Shown piece after piece: positions 37,970-48,600 of a stretch of DNA of 64,000 nucleotides. The stretch spans positions 21,514,001 to 21,578,000 of the forward strand of contig JBHGNT010000004.1 of assembly GCA_043228905.1 (NCBI GenBank), read 5' to 3'. Under the pieces are notes generated by a model. The model worked only from the letters and a program-made list of their open reading frames with translations. It had not been told where the DNA came from and searched no databases. The position numbers were made by a program, and so were the translations under genes. The stretch is from Azolla caroliniana (Eukaryota; Plantae; Polypodiophyta). Position 1 is the stretch's first letter, and every line of letters starts with the position of its first letter.

Positions 37970-38021
37970 GACCTTGGCACTGATGAGCTCTACCTAGAGC
38001 GAAACTAGTTTGCACAAGGTC
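37970..38021 (+). ncRNA. Minimal type I hammerhead ribozyme
   Basis: Stem I GACCTTG-GCA / TGC-A-CAAGGTC. Core CTGATGA 37980-37986. Stem II GCTCT/AGAGC with ACCT loop. GAAA 38001-38004. Palindromic mini stem III AACTAGTT. Predicted cleavage after GUU (38010). Confidence 0.88.
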
Positions 38022-41000
38022 TTTCTAATGAAAATTTCTTAAGCTTTTCTCTTTTCTCTTTTCTCACTCACTCTTCTCTTCTTCTCTTCTTCTTTCATCT
38101 CATTCTCTCATTCTCTTTTACTCTTGGTCACCTCTAATCCTACTCACCTTAGTTTCACTTGCATCATTGCTTTATTTCTTTTCTTACTCTTCCCATATCA
38201 TCTCAATAGTTGTGCTAGTTCGCTCGCACTCCTTGTCACGATCCTACGGTCATAGCAACCATGCTGAAAAATTACCTTATGCAAGAATTGGGAGGCAATT
38301 GTTAGCGCAAGGACGTCAGGGATGGCAACAATTTCAGCCCATATGGTGAGGTATTCTGTTATGACCAGGATATACCTGTTACCCCTCGAGGTTTCGGGAA
38401 AAGGTCCCATAAAATCCCATCCAACTAGCTTGAAAGGTGACGTGACGGTGACAAGATGGAGCGTTCCAACTGGCTTGCCCACAAGTTTGATGTGTTGACA
38501 CAAAGCACATTGTTTGATGTAGGTAGAGACAGAGTGTCGCATGTTGGGCCAATAATACTTGAGGCATATTTTTTCGAGAACCTTGTGGAAACCTAGATGG
38601 CCCGACAATGGGTGGTCGTGATAAAATTGGAGATATGTTTGTTGTAGGGCATGAGGGATGTAGAGACGAGGCTCGTGATGCGCTTGAATGAAGAACACCA
38701 AGTTATCGCAGAGCATGAACTGTTGTTGTGAGGGAGGGTAACTGATGGGTTATCTCTTGGATGGCAGGATCAGGTTGCTAAAGTGTAGCGAGTTGTGGCA
38801 ATGGTAGCGGAAGATTAGATGTCTCAGGGAGAAATTGGACAGCCTGGAAGTCAGCGTGAGGGAGACTATCAACGACCAAATTGGTTGCACCTTTCCGATA
38901 GGAGAGGGTAAACTGATAATCTTGGAGTGCCAACGTCCATCGCAAGAAGCGGCCCAGGGGGTGAGGTCGATGGATAAGAGAAAGCAAGGGCTAGTGGTCA
39001 GTCTCAACTGTAACCTGTCCACCATGAAGGTATGGGTGAAGACGCTGGAAAGACTAGACGATTGCAAGTAGCTCCTTCTCGGGGGTTGAGTAGTTGCGTT
39101 CAGCCGGCGTGAGAGTGTGGCTAATGAAGGCAACTGCCTTTTCTTGCCCGTGGAAATCGGCTTGCAAGAGGATGGCTCCTAACACATGGTTTGATGTGTC
39201 TGTATACAACGTGAACAGTTGGTCAAAGTTAGGATAGGCGAGCAACCCTGATTCCTGGACCATGGTTTTGAGGCGACGAAAGCTATCTTCGCAAGTAGGA
39301 TCCCAAATGAATGACACACCTTTCTTCAAGAGTTGACGAAGGGGAAAAGTGACCACGGCGAGGTTCGGGATGAAGTGAAGGGAAAAGGTGATCATGCCCA
39401 AAAAACATTGCAATGATTTTATTGAGGTGGGGCGGGGGTAGTCGGTGATGGTTGCCACCTTTGCAGGGTCCATACAGATTCCCTCGCCAGAGATGATGAC
39501 ACTAAGAAAACGGAGGTTGATGCTTCCCCATCGACACTTCTTCCATTGGAGTTGCAAGTTATGCTTAGTTATGCAAGCGAGGACTTTAGAGAGTTTGTAC
39601 ATGGTCCTCCCAAGTGGTCGTGTGGATAAGGATGTCATCGAGATAAACGGGGATGTGACCTTTGTTGATAAGGGCGGCGAAGATGGAATTTGCCATGCAT
39701 TGGAATGTGCTTCTAGCATCCGACAGGCCGAACGGTATGCGAGTGAATTGGAATAGCCCGCGGCATGTGAGGAATGCAATCTTGTGGGCATCATAAGGCT
39801 TTAGGGGGATTTGCCAATATCCTGAGGATAAGTCCAAGGAGGTGAAATAATGGGAGCCACCGATTTGATCCAAGAGGTTGTCCACACGAGGGAGTGGTTA
39901 GAGGTCATGGATAGTCACTTTGTTGAGTGGCCTGAAGTCGATGCAAAAGCGGAAGATGCCATCATCCTTCTTGACGAGGTGGGGTTTGGAAACCCAATCA
40001 CTGGTAGAAGGAATGATAATACCTTTGGTGAGCATGTCGGTGACGGCGGCTTCGATGCGATCATGGTCGAGGGGGGAATGTCGATGGGTAGCCATGCGGA
40101 TCGGAGTGGCTTCCCCGGTACGAATGACATGTTGTACCGGGAAAGAGGCAGTAGGAGCATGTGTGGGTTGGAGGGTTAGTGATAGAAAACGAGCTAATAA
40201 TTGGCGAATGGAGACCAATCGCTCCTATGGACTAAGGGCCAACTAGACTTGGCTAAGGTGGGGGACAAGGGAGCTATCGTGTAGAAGGGGGATAGGGGGA
40301 CCATGTGGGACAAGAAGTTTATGGGCATCGAAATCAATCACAACACGATGCTTGAGGAACCAATCACAACCTAAGGTGAGGGGGAAGCGTTGGTGGGGCA
40401 AGACATAAAAGTGGTGTGAGAAGGCGAGAGTGCCTAAGGTGAAAGTGCAGTGGGCTTGCGTGCAAGAGTGGTAAAGATGTTGGTGATCACAAAAAAAGAC
40501 TTGGATGGAAGGAGCAGTGGATGTGGGGAGGCCTAACTAGTGAACTAAGGCGGTGCTAATGGAAGAGATACTACTACCAGAGTCTAACAAGATGGTGTGG
40601 GTGCAAGGATTAATGGTGGCGAGTGCGGTGCATACCTACGAAGAGGTAGACGCTTGGATATGGAGGGCTAGCTCCTCCATTAGCACCCCAGAAGTCAGTT
40701 TCCCAGAAGCTCAGCCAACGATGTCGCATCAGGCATAGTTATCTAGACTTGTTGCTTGTGAGACTATTGTTGCAATTTCCAGTAGTGACGTCAGACGTGT
40801 CCATAATTGTGGTAGTAGAAACACTTCGGGCGCACTTGGCCATCGCGATTGGGAAGGTTGTGGTGAGCATGTAGTTGCATGTTTTGGACATCAATGTCCA
40901 TGGGGACCGCGCCTTGGTATTGGGCGCGCAAGTCGATTGATGATGGATGGGGCCAACGTGATTGGAAGTCGGATAACGTACAAGCTTCGATGCGTTGGGC

Positions 41001-43639
41001 AATGAGGATGTCGTTGTTGAATGTCTTGGGACCTTGGTCCCGAGCGCGTCAAGTGATGTCATGGCGCAAATGGGGCCATAAGAAGAAAAGCTTCACATGC
41101 TCGGGCATGGTAGGGACGGCACGAACGGGGAGTTGATTGAGGCGAACACCAAATTGGCCCACAGGTTCATGTGCTTGCTGCTACAACTTTCGAGTTGTTG
41201 TAACGCTGTTTGGGCCGAATTTTGATGGGCAAAGTTTTGCACGAGGAGATCTCGGAGGATCACCTAGTTCTTTGTCACGTCGCTTGATTGTTGGACATAC
41301 CAAGTGGCAATGACATTTTCGAGCAGGGTACGAACTTCCAAAGCTTTGTGCTCATCAGACCATCAATGGTAACTGGAGATCATCTCAAAGTGGTCCAACC
41401 AAGCTAAGACATCCTCGGAAGGCAAGTCGGAGAAGGAATTCGGGCGGACCTTGGAATTTGGCCAATCTTGAGCGCAGTCATTGTTAGCGGAGAGGAAGGA
41501 GAGCAATGCTTGATTCATGTGGTTGATTTGAAGCATGGCGTTGGAGAGGAGCTAGAGGAGCTGCTCCATTTGGAAAGGGGGTGGTCGTTCGTGAGGTTGC
41601 AAGAACTCGGGCTCCATCAGGGTATCGGCGTTTGAGGCGACGAGAGGGAATTGGGATGCCATGAACGAGGTGGCTAATGGCTAAAATTTTACCCCGCATC
41701 TCCACCAATTATGTGAAAAGCACATAAAAGGAAACCAAACTAGCTTGCCTAGCTTCTTACTTATCGTTCAATTTATAGAAGATACAAAGGTACACATTTT
41801 TGAGTTGGTCGAGCTACATGCATCCCAAAAGGGTGTGCTAAAAGGGGTGGTGTGTTAAAAGGCATGCACTCGCATGAAAGGGACACCACAATATGCATAA
41901 TATATTCCTCATTTCCAAAAATTGCACTGTTTCAGTGAGAAATCAAAATTAGGGAAGTTCAATTTAACAACGTGTTCTTTCTCCCAATTGGCATCACGTA
42001 CAATTTGATCCAACCATTTTAATTTTAATTTTCGGATTTGTTTGGATCTACAATGTTTATTTGAGCATTGAGAATATTTTCTAGTGAATTGGGTTTAGAA
42101 GATGAACCCTCATGAGTTATAGATCTTTTATGGTTACTACGTTGATGTTAGAACTCATAAGTTCTTTAGGTGATTAACATGTAAAACAAGATGAACATCC
42201 ACACTATCAAGAAGATCAATAAGATAGGTAAATAAATCAATACGCTTTAGGATTGTGAAAGGTCCACAATAGTGTGGGACTAATTTAGCACACTTTCTCA
42301 TAGATAAAGTTTTGGAAGTAGAAGATCCATGCAAGAAGCCTTTTTTGTTGAGGTGAAGAATATGAGGATGTCTATGATCACAAACATAAACGGTGTTATA
42401 TTTTGAGTAGTATTGACTCTTAATGTTATCTTGTGAATATGCAACATTTATTGCATATCCCTAAAAAAGCTTTGTAGTTTTGTGTACTCTCTAATTCATC
42501 TCAACGAAAATTAACATTCTTAGGGGCTCGCAGTTGAAAACCATAAATCAATATAAAAAGGCTATATCCAGATGAAGTATGTTTAGATTGTTATAACCAA
42601 ACTATAATAAGGGGAGATAATGTTCCCATTTTATAGGCTTCTTTGCCACATAGACTCGAACCATATCCTTAATAACCATATCATTGAATATTTCCTTATG
42701 TTATACCTTAGTTATTCATTAGGCTCACCATTAAGATCTTGATAATGTGCCAAGATGCCATTATATAGCACAACACGTAAGGCTCCTAGACAACCATGTG
42801 TCATAGGTGGTTATGAGTTTGTTCCAGTTCCAAGATAATTGGTTTCTCGTCTATCCTACTGTTAAATCATTAAAATTAAAGATAGAATTGATCTTTAAGG
42901 TAATGCTCTAACATTCTCCCATAATTTATTTTTATGCTCTTAATCTTTTTCATTCTTCCAAATTTGGGTGGACTGTTGTAAAATCTTAGCTGTAAGTTGA
43001 TTTCATTCCCTCCTAAATTTATTGTAAACTGTAGAAATATCACCCACCTCATGTATTAAAATTTAAGTATTTGGGAGAAAAAATTAAATCACACTCCCTA
43101 CGAAATGTAAATTGTGTTATTGAATTTTTGGTATAAACAATTGAGGATTAGAAGTAAAACTACATTCCAAACAATCTCTACTTGATAGAGTTAGGTTTCC
43201 ATTGTCAAGCTCTTTCTCTGAGGATCATGGGAAACTTTTCAACTCAAAAATCAAAGTACTAAAGAGTAAATTACAAAGAAATGAAATAGATGAACTATGA
43301 GTTATGAAGATATATCACAGGATTTCGGAAAATATTGCGTGCCCTACTGTTGGACATTGCTCATGTATATGGGTGGAAAAAAATACCATTGTCATGATGA
43401 GGTAGGTCCAAAGGTAGAAATAGGGGGGGGAGGCAATGAAAGAAAAAGGGAAAATATGGAAACAAAAGATAATACGAGAAGTTTTATTGCCAAATGTTAA
43501 GGCACATAAAAAAAGATGTGCAGAGTTCAAGTTTTATGTTGAGATATTAAGCTCAACTAGGTTTAGTTAGTAGTTACATACATAGAATCTAATTAGTGTA
43601 TTGACCACAAAGCCTTAAATAAGATTTTATACTTGTACT

Positions 43640-44278
43640 CATAGATTGACATATTCGCATTTGTCGGGTTTCCCATTCAAATGCAAACGAATACAAATAC
43701 GAATGGGTGGTCAAGTATTCGTTTAACTCAAAAAAAAAAACTCTCTTTTTTAATTTCCTAAGATAAATAAAAGGAACTTCACAATAAATAGGGATAATAA
43801 AAGAGAGACTTGGGGACTTGAGACTACTAAATTTTTATCATAAATGTATAACTTATAAGTATTCGTTTTATTTTTAATAAATAAATAAAATAAAATAAAG
43901 GTTCATTAATTTCTCACTTTTTATTCCCTCAAAATTTATGGATATTTTTATCTTGACATTAAAAATAGTATTTCAAACTAATCATATCATCAAAGTTCAT
44001 ACTAATCATACTTGTATAATAAATATAAAAATATTCATTTTTAAAAAATTAATTGATTAATTAAAAGAAGTTTCATAAACTTTCTTGACACTATAATCTA
44101 TTAATGAATAAATGTTCTTTTTTGGTGAAATATATTTATTTAAATAAATAAATATTTTTTTTTTTTTTTTTGCAAAACGAATGGTTTTTTAATATTGTTG
44201 GGGTCATTTCGTATTCTCGAATATTGAGAATATTGCGCATGGAGAATATCACGAATATCACGCATGTGTCAACCTATG
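43640..44278. mobile_element. Non-autonomous hAT-type MITE (639 bp)
   Basis: Imperfect ~18-bp TIRs CATAGATTGACATATTCG / CATAGGTTGACACATGCG. Perfect 8-bp TSD CTTGTACT (43632-43639, 44279-44286). AT-rich interior with subterminal TATTCG/CGAATA motifs. Confidence 0.88.
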
Positions 44279-44760
44279 CTTGTACTTAAGAATGGATACA
44301 TTCTTTTTGGGAAAAAAAAAGAAAAAGAAAAGAATAGATACATTCTAGATCCTCCACTACCAAGTACATTTAATATATGACTTACATCCTTGTACCTATA
44401 TTCTCCTCACACATGTGCACTCTTGCACATGAGATGTATATATACCTCATGGTGGGTATTTTTGTAACTTGATGTCTTTTTAATATAAGTAAGAGTTTCT
44501 TGAGCTACACTTGTGTTAATCATCCCTTATCTTGTCTTAGTGTTTAAGTGTACTTCCTCTCCCTCTCTCATACACCTACACACACTCATATCACATAATC
44601 TTCCACTACTTAATCACGTATGTGTTTAACTACTCACATAATGAGACACTAATTAACCCTAAGTTAATTACCTAATTATTCACATTTTAGTTGGCACGTA
44701 AAGAACCTATTTTTTTGCATATTTTATAGAAAAGGCATAGGCGAGCATTATTCCTTATAG

Positions 44761-44935
44761 TCACATCAAATGCGCTTTATGCCTCATTATGAACATCTTG
44801 CCATGATTGTCATAATCAGAATTCGTGGCATAGTTCGTGAGTTGTCGGCTAGTTGAAGCCGACTCTTGGTTCTTCTTTCGACACTCCTCTTCGTAGTGGC
44901 TGAGTTTTCTACAACACCCGCATTCGATCGGGTTG
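44761..44935 (-). pseudogene. Copia gag fragment (degenerate zinc knuckle) that is the target of Copia F
   Basis: CGCCRKLSHYEEECRKK resembles CX2CX4HX4C. Confidence 0.5.
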
Positions 44936-45694
44936 TGTTGAGAGATCGATGTAGAATAGATCACAATAAACGAACTATGCGCTGAAATACGAATCACAGA
45001 AATGCCAGAAAAAAAAACAAGACACACAACAGTGCATAGAGATTTACGTGGAAACCCTAAAACGGGGAAAAACCACGAGTGAACAGATTCTTCACTATAG
45101 TATAGTGGATATACAATACAAAGAGGAATACAACACTCTATCGAGTGTATAAGCCGCACAGGGCTCTTCGCGTCTGCTGTTACACACACAACTATGGCGC
45201 GACCCTCACTTCTCTCTCACACACACTCTCTCTCACGTCCTACCACTATTGTTCTTACACTGTTCCACACTATAGTCCAAGTTTGCCCTAGTTGCATATA
45301 TACTTACACAACTTTTCTGGCTATTTACATATGTAGACCTCATGGGGCGCACTCTTAGACTATTTACAATTATAGTCTCCCGAGTTGGCTATATACACGA
45401 TTCCGGTTTCGGCCTCGGCCAAGTCCCTCATCAACTCGGCTCCTCTCTCTCCCCATCCGGAGAGACCTGTTGCCTAACATCATCATTATTATTACCATAA
45501 TAATGATAGTCGAATTTACAAACAGTCGACTCATTGTTTTCGACTCTTCGGCTGTCGGCTTTCCGATCAATCGGTTCTTCCTCCCACTGGCGGGACATAT
45601 TCCCAATAGACTCCCCCCCCTTCACTCGTATGGGAGGAAATCTGTCAGTCCTGTATTTTGTCGACAGACTCTGAGTCTGTCCAAAGGTAGGTTC

Positions 45695-48600
45695 TATCGA
45701 ATACATGTGTATAATGGACGTATTCACACTATCCCGTTTTGGCCATTTATGTAATTAGCATAAAGGGTAGTTGCCCTAAGTCGGTCACTATATATATTGA
45801 CCTTGTAACCTTTTTGCAAGGTTGGGTGTTGTATTATTGCTTTGTGAAATAAGGAGTCTTTTGTGTGTGTCTCTCTCTCTCTCTCTCTGTGCACGACCTA
45901 CAATCTGTCACACGCAGGTATTCAGCAAGAATCGAATGCTTCTTGATCTTCCGCATAGACGACCTTGTCTACAACATCTGGTATCAGAGCAGAGGTTCGG
46001 CCGTCATCACCGCCTGCACAGCATTCGGTTCTTCACTTCATCACGGCCTGCACAGTATTCGCGTCATTCGAAGAAAGAGAGAAGAAGAACAAAAACGAGG
46101 TTTTGCACCTCATCGCGTTAGATCCTCTTGCTTGGAGTAAGCCATCAGGTTGTACTCTGTTCCTTGTGATCGTAACCGCTCGAGGTGAAATCCCCTTGTC
46201 TATCATTGACACGATCGTGCTCCATTCGGTTAAACGGCATCCGAAGAGGTCATCAAACGCTGCTCGCCGTTCATTGTAACCACTTGGTGCAGATTGGTCT
46301 CAAGACAACAACCCAAATTCGTGCTTCATCTGGCTGATCGACATTCGGGAGGATCAGTTGGATCCGTCTCTCTCGTTGCTGCAGCTGACCGAAGCAGAAT
46401 CGGTCCAGATAATCGGTTTCAATAATCGGTATTCGGCATATATATCCGAAGCGAACCGGGCTCACTCCGACTCGGCAACATTCGGGAAGACCAGTCGGTT
46501 CTGTCCCTCAAGTTACCGGAGTCAATTTGAGCGAGTTCCGAAGCCGAACCGACTCGGGTTCAAATTCGACTAGAACGATATCGGGTGAGCCAACCGGCTG
46601 CACTCCAACAAGGTTCGTAGTCAACTCCGAACCGAGCTTCGTCAACCGAAACCGAATTTGATGGCATCAACATCCGGCTCGTCAGAAATGAGTCTACGAA
46701 AGTTCGATGGATCGAACTTCAACTTCTGGAAGGAGCAAATGCAGGACTATCTCATAGTCAAGGGACAAATAGACCCCATCGAAAATGAAGAACCTCCAGA
46801 AGGATACAAACCAATTGAGTGGCAGAAGCTGGACAGAATCGTCCGCGCCACGATTCGGATGCACCTATCGGAATCGGTATACTTTACGGTGCAATCGTGT
46901 ACGACAACATTCGAACTGTGGAAAACACTGTCGGACACTTACGAAAAGAAGGTCGCCGCAACGAAGATGTTTCTGATCCGGCGCCTCTACAACTTGCGGA
47001 TGAAAGAATCCGATTCGGTTCAAGCACACCTCAATGAGTACGAAAGCATAAGCTCCCAAATCTCGTCACAGGGGACGGCAATCGAGGATGAACTCAGAGC
47101 AATGATACTCATGAGTAGCCTTCCCTCATCATGGGAAACTTTCGTCACAACCGTGTGCAACGCGTCAACCACGGCTGTTAAGTACTCCGAAGTCACGAGC
47201 GCAATCCTGACCGAAGCAGCTCGGAGAAAGTCTTTCGCCAAAGACTCAACAGATGACGCTTATGTAGTACAAGGTTCGACAGACCGATCGAACATACGAG
47301 GAAGAGATTCCTCACGGCCGCCGAACAATCAGCGAAGACGGAGCCAGTCACGGGATAACCGAATCTGCAACTATTGCAAGAAACCCGGACACATCAAAGC
47401 CGACTGCCGCGCACTCAAGAACAAGAACAACAAGAAGAGTGGCCGGCATGAGGAGATCAATTACGTCAGCTTCTCAGCTGATGTGCTACCAGACGACCCG
47501 AATATACTATCAATCGAAAATCCAGTCGGATCAGAAGTTCTACTCACGACTGAAGAATCGAGCACATGGCTCTTAGATTCGGGCGCGTCATTTCACGTGA
47601 CTCCTCATCGATCCCAATTTCGGCAATATACGATCCGCCACTCCGACTCAGTTCGAGTCGGCAACTCACAACACTGTGACATCATCGGAATCGGCACAGT
47701 AGAGCTCAACCTTGCAGGTGGCTCTACACTTGTACTCAACAATGTCCGACATGTACCCGAGCTCTCAAGGCCATTGATCTCAGTCGGACAACTAGATGAA
47801 GACGGCATTCGTGCCGGTTTTTCTTCGGGAGGGTGGACACTCCACAGGGGGAACCTCCTGCTTGCTAGAGGACCCAAGATACACTCACTGTATCCGTTAC
47901 ATGTTACGCTCAGAGAGGGTAACCTGTTTTTGGTGGATATTCCTGTGTCATCACTATGGCACAGAAGATTAGGACACCTCAGCAAGGCCGGCATTACGCA
48001 TCTATCTAGAGCCGGATACATCCCTAAACTCTCCTTCTCCGACCATCAATTCTGCGAGCATTGCCAGTATGGCAAACAAGCAGCCGCATCACACCCGACA
48101 TCAGCACCAAGAGAAACGAGACCTCTTGATTTGGTCCACTCGGACGTCTGTGGCCCAATGCCGCATCAGTCTCTCGGCGGTGCCTCTTACTTCGTCACTT
48201 TTATTGACGATTCGACTCGAAAGGTGTGGGCTTATCCGATTCGCACCAAAGATCGGGTCTTCTCGATCTTCACCGATTGGCTCGCTATGGTAGAAAATCA
48301 AACCGACCAAAAGCTGAAATGCTTTCGGACAGACAATGGGGGAGAGTTCAAATCCGAAGAATTCGTCAAATTCTGCCGACAACGCGGCATCCGACGTGAA
48401 TTTACGGCACCACACAGCCCGGAGCAAAACGGGATTGCCGAACGAATGAATCGCACAATCCAAGAACGGATAGTTTCCATGCTCCAACACTCCGGACTGT
48501 CGGATGGCTTCTGGGCAGAGGCTCTACTCACGGCAGTACACATAATCAATATGTCGCCAAGTAGACCTCTAGGACTTCAAATTCCTCAGGAACTATGGAT

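Larger units (their letters stand above)
34285..38254 (+). mobile_element. Penelope-like retroelement (PLE) with no recognisable GIY-YIG endonuclease
   Basis: ~4-kb C/A-rich, G-poor insert that interrupts the Gypsy D integrase. Contains a PLE-type RT ORF and a 3' (CT)n-TATA-hammerhead region. Junctions approximate. Confidence 0.85.
33455..41890 (-). mobile_element. Decayed Ty3/Gypsy element D with short LTRs, interrupted by a Penelope-like element
   Basis: LTRs 33455-33631 and 41712-41890. 4-bp TSD ATAT. 18-nt PBS complementary to tRNA-Ala at 41690-41707. PPT AGGGGGAAA. Fragments of gag, PR (LLDSGSS), RT (FCIDFR, LDLSSGYWQ, YLDD), RH (YTDTS, NYSTPEKELL) and IN (HDHPLSGHLG, YHPQTNGLTERLN). 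Confidence 0.9.

Noticed and set aside
41900-43600. Possible decayed TE coding remnants (also 12400-14400 and 19200-20300)
   Set aside because: Too degenerate to assign by eye; no motifs or termini could be supported.
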